Origin: a virus
Taxonomy: Duplodnaviria > Caudoviricetes
Direction: 5' to 3' (one strand)
Length of the DNA stretch: 64,000 nucleotides
Virus record (IMG/VR): IMGVR_UViG_2724679705_000002
Span: 2,069-66,068 of that record
Made by a program: the position numbers and the translations under genes. Below are positions 45,755 through 55,901 of this stretch, piece by piece; position 1 is the first letter of the stretch; each line of letters starts with the position of its first letter. A model generated the notes under the pieces. It was given only the letters and a program-made list of their open reading frames with translations. It ran no database searches and had not been told where the DNA came from.

Positions 45755-47455
45755 TTATTGCTCCACGATTTCAAAGAGCGCCGAGACCCAGGAGGTATCG
45801 ACGGGATAGGTGGCGTTGATCGCGCCCGTGGCGGTGGGACCGTTCTCGAACACGCCATCCGCCAGGGACAGCCAGCCGCCGGCGTTCTGGTCGGTCCCGA
45901 ACACGCTGCGCTCGCGCCATGCCTGGATCTGCTTGTTGGACAGCTGGCTGATCTGCCGCACGGCGTTGTCCGTGCGCTCGCCGATCACCGCCAGGATCCG
46001 GCCGCGCGCTGCCGCGGCGGTGTTCGCCGTGGGGATCGTCAGAACCGTGCCGGTGCCTTTGACCGTGTTTGCAGCTTCCGTGCGGTTGCCCAGATGCCGC
46101 AGGACCAGCGACGCGCTGCCCGCGGGGCGATAGACGGCCATCGTCAGCAGGCCCGTGTTCCACGAATCGGGAAGCCGCAATCCCGCCTCGGCCGCGCCGG
46201 CCGCGGTCCGGTGGAACACCTCGACCACGGCATCGCCCGTGGCGGCGCCCTGCGCATATCGGCCTTGCTTCGTCCATCCTGCGGGCGCCGGGCTGGCAGC
46301 GTCGGCGCCCCGCGTGAGCAGGACGCCGACCGCCAAATCGCCCGCCTGATGCCCTGCGGGCCATTCGGCCGTCAGGTTGCCGATGCCCCAGACAGACTGT
46401 CCCATGCCGACAAAGCGGGGCGCCAGGGGATCATCGCCGATCAGGACATTTTCGCGGATGATGTTGCTGACATTGCCCGCCGCGTCGATCACGCCATAGG
46501 CGATGCGGTTGCCCAGATCGGTATCGAAGGTGAGGGTCACAGACCCATCGCCCGCAGGCACCGCCACGGATCCGGTCTCGATGACCGGCCCGGACCAGCT
46601 GCCGTCGCTGTTCAACGTCGGCTGACCGTCCTCGCCCCAATAGATCGCCCAGCGCAGTGTCCCGCCTTCGGTGATCGAGAAGGACATCGCGCCCGTGTCG
46701 ATGTCGTAATCCTCCTCGCTGATGATCGGGGCCGCGGTGTCAGTCTGGCCCTGATCCGATGCAGCCACGCTGACCGAGGCGGTCCGGGCGCGGGCGGTAT
46801 AGCCGCTACGGGTGCCGGTGACGGTGAACGACAGCTCGGTCCGTCCCGTCAGCGCGGCCGTGGTGACGATCTGATCGCCACTGATTTGCACAAGGCCTGC
46901 GTCGTCGCCGCCCAGCGTCAGGGCGGTGGCGTCCGTGCTGATGGTTGCTGCCACGGTGCCGACCGGCGACGACTGGGTTACGGCAGACGACGGCGTGACC
47001 GTCAGGGCGACCTGCGGCTGGACTGCCACTGTCTAGGAAATGCCGATGCTGGCAAACGCCCCGCTTGGGTCGCTTCCGGTCAAGGTCACGCTGTAGCTGC
47101 CCGCCGTCGTCGGGGTGCCTGCGAAAGCCGCGTTTGTTCTGGCAATGCCAGGCGGCGGGGTGCCTGTCATCGCAAAGATCAGCGGATCGCCATCCGGGTC
47201 GGAAAACCGGCTTCTGAAATCCGCGCTGTAGGCGGCACCCACGGTGAGCGTATCGGTCGCTGGGGCGGTCGCGGACGGAGAACCGTTCTGCGCCGGCGGA
47301 TCTGTCGCGGTCGCCGGATCGGGGTTGCTGGCGGTGTTGACGACGACATAGTCGCCGGCGGGAAGGTCCAGGGTGTGGGGCAGCGTGGGGCGCGGGAGCA
47401 GGATGAGAGTGTCGCTGTCCCAGTTCCCGTCGGTGATGATGATGCGGTTGACCAT
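45755..47455 (-). pseudogene. Ig/cadherin-like multidomain protein split by one in-frame TAG (47035-47033); readthrough or nonsense
   Basis: ORF 47455-47033 (FSDPDGDPL, GTPTTAGSYSVTLTGSD; He_PIG-like) and ORF 47029-45755 are in the same frame: ...SIGIS*TVAVQPQ... Confidence 0.65.
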
Positions 47456-47457
47456 GT

Positions 47458-47964
47458 TCAGTCCTCGGTGATGGTGATGGAGCCCACGCCGCCGGAACCG
47501 CCCAGGCGGGCGACGGGCGGCATTGCGAAAATGGTGATGGCGCCGGCGCCGCCCGACACGTCCCAGACAGGGACAGGGGAGCCGCCTCCGACCGTCAGTA
47601 TCGGGCCAATCACGCGGGATCCGTCGCCCAGGATCTTGATGAGCCGCCCGTCCTCGATGTCCAGATCCATGATCGACAGGGGCAGATCGGCCAGCGCCTC
47701 GTCCACGGCAGCCGCCGCATCGCGCGCCGCAGCGATCGCGGCTTCGTCTGCCTCGGCCAGGCTGGCCCTGATCTCGTTCAGAAGGATCTCGCTCCCGTCC
47801 GTCATCAGGACGCGCATGCCGCCACCGGGATCGGCAGTCATCGACCGAATGCCGCGTCCGGCCTTGGGTGTGCGATTGGCCGCGTTGACGCAGGCCGCCA
47901 GCAGGGCCGCCAGCTCTGCGTCCAGGCCCAGGTTGCGCCATTTCGCAACATCGAATTGCAGCAT
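47458..47964 (-). CDS. Hypothetical protein, coupled to gpD (TAATG overlap)
   Basis: MLQFDVAKWRNLGLDAEL..., 168 aa. Confidence 0.65.
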   Translation of the reverse strand: MLQFDVAKWRNLGLDAELAALLAACVNAANRTPKAGRGIRSMTADPGGGMRVLMTDGSEILLNEIRASLAEADEAAIAAARDAAAAVDEALADLPLSIMDLDIEDGRLIKILGDGSRVIGPILTVGGGSPVPVWDVSGGAGAITIFAMPPVARLGGSGGVGSITITED

Positions 47965-48934
47965 TACAGGACTCCTCGCTTGGCCTCGACGGCCGTGCGC
48001 AGGCCGTCCGAGAGGGTGTGGGTGACGCGCGTCAGATCCCATTGGCCATCGCATTTGCCGGACACGCCCGTCAGGGTCATCCGGGCGCCCGCGATGACCT
48101 GGGGCGAAAATCGGGCCAACTCGGCCGAGAAGGTGGTCTGGCCACGCGCCCGCCTGCGGAACTCGGCTTCGGCCGCGCGCCGGGCCTCGGCCTCGGAGGC
48201 ATGGACATGGCGCAGGGTCGTGGCCGGATCGCCGTCGCCCACCGACACGGTCTGCTTCGCGGCCGCGTCCACATCCGACCAGAGGGCGTCGACCCGGCCG
48301 ACCTTCTCGCGGCCGTCCTCGGCCCAGGTCCATTCGACCAGGTCGCGGGCGGTCAGGATGCCATTGGGCATCGGATCGCCGCCGACGGTGCTGTCGTCGC
48401 CGCGCCGCGACACCAGCAGGGTGCCGCCGGCCGGCTTGGCGGTGGCGTCCAGGGTCTGGGCGATGCGCCGCAGGAAATGCAGGTTGCTTTCGGCGGTCTG
48501 GGCCAGATAGGGCCAGCGGATGTCGGCGATCGCGGCGGATACGACCCCGCGCAGCCCGGCCTCGGCCGCGATGGTCCGGACGATCTCGGACAGGGCCTTG
48601 TCCTGCCAGGCGCGGGTCCGGGGCGCCCGGATGCCGCCCTTCATGTCGGCGGCGGTGGCCTCGATCGTCAGGCGGCGCACCGGGCCTTCGCCGCCGCGTC
48701 CGTCCACGGCGAACTGGCCCATCATGGACAGGCCCGTCTCGCGATACCCCAGCCAGACTTGCAGCAGCGTGTCCATTTCAGGCAGGGCCACCCGGTCCTG
48801 GCGATCATCGACGACGATGCGGACCCGGTCGGCGCTTTCGCCGTCCTCGTCCACGATCTCCAGCTCGACCAGCCGGTCCTGGAACACGCCGGTGACGTCC
48901 CGGCCATTGGCGGGATCTGGAAGGCCGGCGTCAT
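47964..48934 (-). pseudogene. P2 gpD-like late control/baseplate hub gene with apparent 1-nt frameshift near 48912
   Basis: Coupled ATG at 48934 (MTPAFQI) is out of frame with the body (ANGRDVTGVFQDRL...QTAESNLHFLRRIA); in-frame GTG at 48887. Confidence 0.7.
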
Positions 48935-49140
48935 GTGCGACCCCACAGGCGGATTTCGGACCGGACGGAGGCGGGCGCGGCGTCCGGAAACAGGATGGCC
49001 AGCCCGGCCGGATAGACCGGACCTCGCTCGGCCAGGCCCGGATTGAGGTCCAGCACCGCCGTTATCGCGTGTTCCGATCCCAGGTGGACCTTGCAGAGCG
49101 CGTCCAGCATGTCGCCGCCGCGGGTGATGACGCGCCTCAT
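48931..49140 (-). CDS. P2 gpX-like tail protein
   Basis: TRGGDMLDALC...LDLNPGLA..GPVYPAG....P..IRLW. Confidence 0.88.
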   Translation of the reverse strand: MRRVITRGGDMLDALCKVHLGSEHAITAVLDLNPGLAERGPVYPAGLAILFPDAAPASVRSEIRLWGRT

Positions 49141-49559
49141 CCGAACAGCCCCCCGAGGCCCGCGCGGTCGTCGCCGTAAGCCATCAGCTCCATCGAAAAC
49201 TCGATCTTGCGGGGGGCGCCATCGGCCAGGAACACGCTCTTGCGCTCCTCGATCGACAGGATCGACCACCGATGCCAGACCCAGCCTAGCCCGTCGACCA
49301 GGATCATCGGCTGGCCCAGGCCGGCCATGGCGCGCATCCCTTCGACCTGGCGCAATCCCCCCTTGAAGTGGGGATAAATGACCCCTTCAAGGGTCACTTC
49401 GTCGGCGCCGGGGCCGAGGTATTGCAGCGCCGGGGCGCGGCCGATCCGGTCGGCCTGATCCCACCGCCAGGACGCCCGTCGGGTGAACGCCTGATACGCG
49501 GCGCGGTTGATCCCGAACCGGTAGGTGCCAAGCGCCATCATGACCAGGCTGCTAAGCAT
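49137..49559 (-). CDS. P2 gpU-like tail protein
   Basis: MMALGTYRF...LQYLGPG...VTLEGVIYP...PRKIEFSMEL. Confidence 0.88.
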   Translation of the reverse strand: MLSSLVMMALGTYRFGINRAAYQAFTRRASWRWDQADRIGRAPALQYLGPGADEVTLEGVIYPHFKGGLRQVEGMRAMAGLGQPMILVDGLGWVWHRWSILSIEERKSVFLADGAPRKIEFSMELMAYGDDRAGLGGLFG

Positions 49560-51585
49560 AGGCGCCCCCGTCGTGCAGCGCCGCGCGTCCGTCCCGGTCC
49601 AGCCGCCGCAGCACCCGGCCGACCTCGCGGGCGATGTCGCGCGCATCCATCCCCGGCGCGGCGTTGATGGTGATGCCGCCCACGTCGATGCGCGATCCCG
49701 CCGGGGACGCGGGCCGCTGCCGCATGGCGCGCAGCTGGCGGTTGGAAATGACCTGGCCGTCCGCATTGAGCACGAACATCTCCTGGCCTTCTTCCAGCCA
49801 GCGATAGACGTGGCCGGCGCGGACCGGGCCGCCCAGGGCGCGCGGTCCGGCATAGGGCGTGGCCTCCTGCCCATAGGCCAGCGACGGGGCACGGCGCGCC
49901 ATCGCGGCCTGCTGACCGGCGGGCGTGGTGTCGCCGTTCCACAGCCGGTCCAGCCAGGCGGGCGGCTCGGGCCAGGTGATCAGGCTGCCGATGTCGATGC
50001 GGCCGATCGCGGCGACGATCATGTCCGGGATGCGCCGGAACCAGTCCAGCACATCGGTCCAGGCCTGCCGGATGCCGTCCCACATCGACTTGACCATGGC
50101 GTCGCCGGCGCCCAGCAGGTCGACGCCGAAGGCCTCCTCGATCTTGTCGTTCACATAGGTGACGAACCCCGCCAGGGCTTCGACCACCAGCGTGGTCGGG
50201 TTGAACTCCTTGAAGGCCGTCCAGAGGCCCTGGAAGAAGCCTTCGTCGAAGGCCGCGCGGACCCGCTCGATCTTGCCCTGGAACCAGGTCACGATCCCGT
50301 CCCAGTTTTCGTAGATCGCATAAACGCCGGTCGCGACGGCCGCGATGGCCAGGCCCAGCGGCGTGAGAAACAGGGCGCGTCCCAGCACGGCCAGCACTCG
50401 GCCGAAACCCACCAGGATGCGCTGCGACAGGGTCAGCTTGCCGACGTCCTTGACCAAGCCCAGGAAACCGCCCGACACCAGCCCCAGGCCGACCGTCAGC
50501 TTGGCAAGACCCATTACCATACCAAGGATCGTCTTGCCGAAGGCCAGGGCGGTGATGGCGATCAGCAGGTTCTGCCAGCCCCCGGTCCATTCGGCCGCAG
50601 CCTCCAGCCAGGGATAGACCTGCTGCCACAGCGCCAGGGCCTCGACGCCCATGGCCCAGATGCCTTCCAGCGCCCACATGATCGCACCGGCCGTCTGTTC
50701 GGCCCAGCGTTGCAGACGCCCGTCGGCGGCGGCCTGGTTCAGGAAGTCCAGGAACAGTTGCAGCTTGCCTTTGAGAAAGTCGAACAGGCCCGCGTCCATG
50801 ACCATGACCTGCCAGCGTGACCAGTGATCGATCAGGTTCGAGATGATCCCGTCCCAGGTCTTCGACATGGCCTCGGACGCGCCCTTGTTGCGTTCGGCCA
50901 GCGCATCGACCAGCAGCTGGATCTCGGTCCGGCCCAGCTTGCCAGCCGAGGCCATCTCCTGCATCTCGGCCGCGGTCCGGCCCAGCTTCGCGGCCAGCAG
51001 ATCCCAGACGGGGACGCCGCGTTCCAGCATCTGCAAGGCTTCCTCGCCTTGCAGCTTGCCCTTGGTCCAGGACTGGCCCAGGGCCAGGACCAGGCCGTCC
51101 AGCTGCTCGGCGCCGCCGCCGCTGGCGGCCATCGTGTCGACCAGGGCCTGCAAAGACCCGTTCATGGGATCGACGCCGAAGGCCTTCAGCCTGGCATAGG
51201 CGCTGATCGTGTCGTTCAGTTCCAAGGGCGTGCGGGTCGCGAACTCCTGGATCCAGGCCATCGCCCGTTCCGCCCCGGCCGACGATCCTTCCAGGTTCTT
51301 CAGCTGGACCTTGAACCGTTCCATCTGCGCGGCGGGCCGCACGAAGGCCAGGCCGATCCCGGCCATCACGCCGCCATAGGCCCCGACCGCCAGGGCCGCC
51401 CGGCCCGCGCCGCGCGCCACGTCGCCCATGCCGCCCGCCATCAGCCGGGCGCCGCGATCCGCGATCGCCGCGTTGCGGGTCAAGGCCCCCTGGGACATCC
51501 GGTCCATGCGGTCGAAGGCCGCACGCGCCGGCCCGGTGGCCCGATCGACCAGCCGCAGGATCAGCGCGATGTTCAGGTCAGCCAT
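49552..51585 (-). CDS. Tape measure protein
   Basis: Start MADLNIALILRLVDRATGP at 51585; tape-measure domain (FATRTPLEL...GKLQGEEALQMLERG). Confidence 0.9.
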   Translation of the reverse strand: MADLNIALILRLVDRATGPARAAFDRMDRMSQGALTRNAAIADRGARLMAGGMGDVARGAGRAALAVGAYGGVMAGIGLAFVRPAAQMERFKVQLKNLEGSSAGAERAMAWIQEFATRTPLELNDTISAYARLKAFGVDPMNGSLQALVDTMAASGGGAEQLDGLVLALGQSWTKGKLQGEEALQMLERGVPVWDLLAAKLGRTAAEMQEMASAGKLGRTEIQLLVDALAERNKGASEAMSKTWDGIISNLIDHWSRWQVMVMDAGLFDFLKGKLQLFLDFLNQAAADGRLQRWAEQTAGAIMWALEGIWAMGVEALALWQQVYPWLEAAAEWTGGWQNLLIAITALAFGKTILGMVMGLAKLTVGLGLVSGGFLGLVKDVGKLTLSQRILVGFGRVLAVLGRALFLTPLGLAIAAVATGVYAIYENWDGIVTWFQGKIERVRAAFDEGFFQGLWTAFKEFNPTTLVVEALAGFVTYVNDKIEEAFGVDLLGAGDAMVKSMWDGIRQAWTDVLDWFRRIPDMIVAAIGRIDIGSLITWPEPPAWLDRLWNGDTTPAGQQAAMARRAPSLAYGQEATPYAGPRALGGPVRAGHVYRWLEEGQEMFVLNADGQVISNRQLRAMRQRPASPAGSRIDVGGITINAAPGMDARDIAREVGRVLRRLDRDGRAALHDGGAYA

Positions 51586-51784
51586 CGTCCTCGTTTCCGT
51601 TCGGGATGCGCGCCAGGGCACGGCGCCACCAGCCGGCCAGTTCCTCGACACTCATCGGGTCCATGTCCCGCGGCGCCCAGCCAAAGACGGTGGCGATATC
51701 CGCCATCGCCTCCTCGACGTCGTCGGGCAGCCCTAGCCCCCCGCCGCCTCGATCGCCTCCATCTCCGCCTGACTGATGAAAAAA
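51578..51784 (-). CDS. gpE' -1 frameshift extension of the tail chaperone
   Basis: T TTT TTC slippery site (51784-51778); -1 frame gives ...MADIATVFGWAPRDMDPMSVEELAGWWRRALARI..* (P2 E'-like). Confidence 0.8.
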   Translation of the reverse strand, partial: FFHQSGGDGGDRGGGGLGLPDDVEEAMADIATVFGWAPRDMDPMSVEELAGWWRRALARIPNGNEDDG

Positions 51785-52038
51785 ACCGACGTCTCCTTCA
51801 TCAGCGACACGAGGTCGGCCACGTCCAGCGCCTCGATCTCGTCGGGCAGCAGCGACGGCACGGTGATGCGCGGCAGCAGCTGGCAGTAGCTCGCCACATC
51901 CATGCGCATCAGTTCGACCATCTTCATGCCGCGCAGCGCGCCGACATCGGGCTTGCGGACGGCGACGCTGGCGATGGTCTCGTCACCGCGCCGGATCGGC
52001 TCGGCCAGGGTGATCGGATCGGACAGTTTTGCAGACAT
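51733..52038 (-). CDS. Tail assembly chaperone (P2 gpE-like)
   Basis: ITLAEPIRRG...VRKP..GALRG...LPRIT.P.L motifs. Confidence 0.88.
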   Translation of the reverse strand: MSAKLSDPITLAEPIRRGDETIASVAVRKPDVGALRGMKMVELMRMDVASYCQLLPRITVPSLLPDEIEALDVADLVSLMKETSVFFISQAEMEAIEAAGG

Positions 52039-52052
52039 GGTTCAAGGCCCCC

Positions 52053-52550
52053 TTAAATGCCCATGGCGCGGCGCAAGGCCGCCAGTTGGTCGACGCCGCC
52101 GACGACGCGCCTGCCGGCCACCAGGTCGATGTCCCAGATGACCTCGTTGTTGATCTCCAGCCGGTACTGGCGGACGTCCCAGGTCAGCTTCAGGGTCGAT
52201 CCGGTGCCGGGCTTCAGGTCGCCGCCCTCGTGGCCCGTCACCAGACCCGAAACGGTGGCGATGATCGTCTCGGCCGTGGCCGCGCCGTCGGCCCTGGCGG
52301 CGGGCCGGAACACGACGCGGGTTTCGGTCCCGATGCGCTTCAGCAGCGCGGGCGACCATTCCGCGAAGGTCGCCTCGGCCGACAGGGCTTCCATGCCCAT
52401 GTCCTGGCCGATCGGGCCGTCCATGCCCGAGCCGCGATGCGCCTCGGTCTGGATCTTGGGCCAGGGCATCTTGGCCTCGGTGGCCAGCCCGAAATAGCTG
52501 ATGCCGTCCACGAAGGCGTTGAAGTTGCGGATGGTCTTGGGCAGGGCCAT
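52053..52550 (-). CDS. Tail tube protein (FII-like)
   Basis: MALPKTIRNFNAFVDG...GMDGPI...EIDL..G.RVVGGVD. Confidence 0.92.
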   Translation of the reverse strand: MALPKTIRNFNAFVDGISYFGLATEAKMPWPKIQTEAHRGSGMDGPIGQDMGMEALSAEATFAEWSPALLKRIGTETRVVFRPAARADGAATAETIIATVSGLVTGHEGGDLKPGTGSTLKLTWDVRQYRLEINNEVIWDIDLVAGRRVVGGVDQLAALRRAMGI

Positions 52551-52560
52551 GGCGTTCTCC

Positions 52561-53745
52561 TCAGTTGACCGCGGCGACCGCGGACACCAGCTCGTCGTAA
52601 TACGAGCCGTTGCGGAAGGCGCGGAAGGTCAGGCGCTCCAGCGGCGCCCGCGGTTCGATGTCGAAGTCGAGATACAGCTGCCCCGCCTTCAGGGTGGCTT
52701 CGGTGTTCAGTTCGGGGTCCAGCCAGCAGTCCCCGCCCAGGAGCGCGCCGCGCGTGACAAGGGTCGTGATATAGTCCTTCACGCTGTCCCGGATGTCGCG
52801 CAAGAGCTGCTCGCTGAAGGGCCGGTCCATGGCCCACAGCATTGCGGAGTCGATGCTGTCATAGATCATGTCGGCGGTGCGGCGCACGGACAGGAAGGCC
52901 CAGTTGGCGTCGGCGGCGGGCGAACGGTTGCCCCAAGTCCGAAAGCCGTTCTGGTTGACGATCGTGGTGATGCCCTTCTCGTTCATGCGGTTCGATTCCG
53001 TCGCCGGATCGGATATGGCGAAACCGACCGGGCGGGCCGTGCCGACGATGCCTTTCAACACCCTGTTCGAATGGGACCACCAGAAACCGCGCGTGGCATC
53101 CGAAAACGACAGTGCGCCGGCATGGGTGGCGCTGGCGGGCCGGGTGACGACCGCGCCCGCGCCCTCGTCCCAGACCCGGACGGCGGGTTCGCAATACAGC
53201 ACCCGCTGCGAGCCGTAGCGGGCGACGTCGGCCACCGCCGCGGCTTCGGTGGTGTTGGGTCCGTCGATGACGGCAACCGCCTTCAGCCGTTCGGCCACCG
53301 CGATCAGGGCGGTGGCCACCGGGGACGCCTCGGTCGCCCCGGCAGCGTTCGCGCTGTGGCCCGGCGCGGCCAGGATGCGCGGCGTCGCACCCAGCAGCGG
53401 CCGTGCGTTCATCAGCGCCCAGATGCCGGTGGCGGCGGTTTCCGATCCGATCACGGCCGTGACGGTGTCGGCGGGCGTGGCCCCGGCGGCCACGCGCACC
53501 ACGACCATCGCGGAGACCCCTTCGCGGTAGGCCTGCTGATAGGCGTCCAGCAGCGATCCGGCCGCACCCAGAAGCGCCGCCTGGCGGGGTCCGGCGATCA
53601 GCACCGGCATGTCGACCGGGAACAGTTCGTCATCGGCCTCGGGGGCCGTGCCCACGAAGCCGATCAGGGACGAGGCGACGGTGGCGATCGGACGGGTTCC
53701 GTTGTCGATCTCGATGACTTCGATGCCGTGCAGGAAATCGGGCAT
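52561..53745 (-). CDS. Tail sheath protein (FI-like)
   Basis: FLHGIEVIEI, PRILAAPG, GFWWSHSN, GFRTWGNR and VRRTAD motifs. Confidence 0.95.
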   Translation of the reverse strand: MPDFLHGIEVIEIDNGTRPIATVASSLIGFVGTAPEADDELFPVDMPVLIAGPRQAALLGAAGSLLDAYQQAYREGVSAMVVVRVAAGATPADTVTAVIGSETAATGIWALMNARPLLGATPRILAAPGHSANAAGATEASPVATALIAVAERLKAVAVIDGPNTTEAAAVADVARYGSQRVLYCEPAVRVWDEGAGAVVTRPASATHAGALSFSDATRGFWWSHSNRVLKGIVGTARPVGFAISDPATESNRMNEKGITTIVNQNGFRTWGNRSPAADANWAFLSVRRTADMIYDSIDSAMLWAMDRPFSEQLLRDIRDSVKDYITTLVTRGALLGGDCWLDPELNTEATLKAGQLYLDFDIEPRAPLERLTFRAFRNGSYYDELVSAVAAVN

Positions 53746-53758
53746 GGCGGGGGTCTCC

Positions 53759-54184
53759 TTATGCGAAAATAAGCGCGGCGGCGCGGAACAGGTCGTCGAT
53801 CGCCTCGTCGGGCAGGCCCATCAGGGCGCCGGTGGTGACGATGGCGGGGGACATGCGGCGGAACTCGCTGGCGCTGTCCCAGGCCTCGATCAGGGCCGCG
53901 TCGCCGCTGTCGCGGACGGCGGCCTCGGCGGCCTCGAACAGACCCGCGGCCCGCAGCGCGGATCGGGCCTGGAAGCGGGTGGCGGTCCAGATCTCGCGAA
54001 GCGCCTCGATGCTGGCGGGCACGACGCGCCAGACGGGCGCCTCGTCGTCGCCGTCGTTGGCCAGATCGGCGACCGGCTCGATGACCTCGCCATAGGCCGC
54101 GTGATGGGCGCGGATGCGGTCCGTGACCGTCATGTAGGCCGCGCCGGTCGGCTGGCCGTCGGCGTCAAGAACGGCATGGATCAT
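53759..54184 (-). CDS. Tail fibre assembly/chaperone-like protein
   Basis: TRFQARSAL...AWDSASEFRR.SP..DDLFRAA; follows the fibre gene. Confidence 0.65.
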   Translation of the reverse strand: MIHAVLDADGQPTGAAYMTVTDRIRAHHAAYGEVIEPVADLANDGDDEAPVWRVVPASIEALREIWTATRFQARSALRAAGLFEAAEAAVRDSGDAALIEAWDSASEFRRMSPAIVTTGALMGLPDEAIDDLFRAAALIFA

Positions 54185-55185
54185 CTGTAGATCACTCCCG
54201 ATGGCGTCGTGGTGTTTGTGGCGATGTTGGTGCCGCCGATCGCTCCGGCCGCGGCGATCGTGCCGCCTTGCGCGACGGCGATGTCGGCGCTGCTGTCGGA
54301 CGCCCCCTTGCGGCAGTTGGCGCTGAAGGCCGCGACGCGACCGGCCAGAGAGCAGTAGATGCCGCTGACCGCGGCGCCGGTCAGGATCGCGCTCTGGCAG
54401 TCGGCCGCGCCGCCCTTGTGGCAGTAGACGCCTGACCCGCCCGCGCCGGTCAGGATCGCCTCGTTGACCACCACGACCCCTCCTGCCGAGGCGCGCGCGC
54501 CGTCTTCGCCGGCGTTGCGGAAGTCGGCGCCCTGGGCCACGATGGTGCCGCCCGACGTCGCGAACAGGCCATAGCCGCCGGCGCCCTGGATGCCCGCCCC
54601 GGCCGTCACCTGCGCATAGCCGCCGACCGAGACCATCAGGCCCACGCGTCCGGTCGCCAGGCCTTCCGTGGACATCACGAACAGGGCGCTGATCTGTGGC
54701 AGGACGCCCCCGTTGATCGCCAGGAACGCCGGGTAGAGACCGGTTCCGACGGTGAGCGCGTTGCGCCGGATGATGACCGTGGGCGCGTCGGCGATGATGC
54801 GGACCCAGCCGAGGTTGATGCCCCGCACGGTGATCTGCTCGGCCATCTCGTAGCCGGCCAGCAGGCGCACGGTGCCGATGACGGCTTGCGCCCGCAGGCG
54901 CGGGGTCATCACCGAAAACACCTCGAGCGCGGCGCCCAGCGTGGCGTATTGTCCGCCCGGCCCGACCGTCAGCTCGCGGGATATGTCGAGCTTGCGTTCC
55001 TGCTCGCGGTTGTAGAAATAGCGGGTCCGCCAGGCCAGGACCTGCAATGGCCAGTTCAGCAGGCCCTCGTCGGCGACCGGATTGGGCGGACCGCCCGTGG
55101 GGCGCCAGCCGTTCTGCAGCTCGGGCACCTTGTCCACCCAGACATCGGCTTCGCCGATTCCGGGCACGCTTGCCACATCAACCAT
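54181..55185 (-). CDS. Tail fibre/receptor-binding protein with beta-helix-like C-terminus
   Basis: Fibre-type N-terminus (GG..NP...GLLNW..L..RT.Y), TVGPGGQYATLGAAL, Gly/Ala-rich repeats. Confidence 0.75.
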   Translation of the reverse strand: MVDVASVPGIGEADVWVDKVPELQNGWRPTGGPPNPVADEGLLNWPLQVLAWRTRYFYNREQERKLDISRELTVGPGGQYATLGAALEVFSVMTPRLRAQAVIGTVRLLAGYEMAEQITVRGINLGWVRIIADAPTVIIRRNALTVGTGLYPAFLAINGGVLPQISALFVMSTEGLATGRVGLMVSVGGYAQVTAGAGIQGAGGYGLFATSGGTIVAQGADFRNAGEDGARASAGGVVVVNEAILTGAGGSGVYCHKGGAADCQSAILTGAAVSGIYCSLAGRVAAFSANCRKGASDSSADIAVAQGGTIAAAGAIGGTNIATNTTTPSGVIYR

Positions 55186-55901
55186 CAGTGCACCTCATAG
55201 TCATAGCTCCTGCCCAATCCGATGTCGCCGCCGATCCGCCACTGATCGTCGCCCAGGGCGAAATACGCCCCGGACAGCGCGATGCCCCGCAAACGGCAGC
55301 GCGCCGGTGCGACGCTGGCCAGACGGCCTGCCAGCCGGTCGGCGTCCGCCCGGCGGATCGCGACCGGCACCGCGACCCAGTAATCGGCCCAGTGCGGATC
55401 ATCGGGGCCTATGGACCAGGTTCCGGTGATCGTCTGGTTCTCGAAGGCCAGGTCGCGGTCCCCGCCGATGCGCAGATCGCCGCGGCCGATGACCAGGATA
55501 TCGCCCACGGCCCAGGCATCGCGCACGGGCTCCCCCTCGATCCGCGCCCCGCCGACAATCAGGCCGGCATCGCCGATCCGCGGCAAATCCTTGTCTTCGG
55601 TGATCGAGGCATTGCCATAGCCCTGCATCGCCAGCGCCTGTTTGACCGACGTCTGGGTGCCCTTGATCCGGTGCAGGTCGAACGACCGGCGCACCACCTC
55701 GCGGCGGCGGGCCTCGGGCCAGTCGGGATCCCAGTCGTCGACCGACAGCGCCCAGGCCAGCCAGGGCAGATAGGCCAGCGGGATGGTATCGGGATCCCAC
55801 ATCAGGTTCGCGGGCGTGTCGATCTCGGCCAGCCGGGACATGGCGATCGAGGCGGCGCGCTCCAGGGCGGTGCTGTTCGGGGGCAGCAGGTGATCGGTCA
55901 T
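55185..55901 (-). CDS. P2 gpI-like baseplate/tail protein
   Basis: LLPPNSTALERA...YLPWLAWALSVDDWD..W....R....S..LHRIKGT. Confidence 0.92.
   Translation of the reverse strand: MTDHLLPPNSTALERAASIAMSRLAEIDTPANLMWDPDTIPLAYLPWLAWALSVDDWDPDWPEARRREVVRRSFDLHRIKGTQTSVKQALAMQGYGNASITEDKDLPRIGDAGLIVGGARIEGEPVRDAWAVGDILVIGRGDLRIGGDRDLAFENQTITGTWSIGPDDPHWADYWVAVPVAIRRADADRLAGRLASVAPARCRLRGIALSGAYFALGDDQWRIGGDIGLGRSYDYEVH

Noticed and set aside
53759-55185. Mu G-segment-type invertible tail-fibre cassette
   Set aside because: No invertase gene, no inverted gix-like repeats and no second reversed fibre gene seen.
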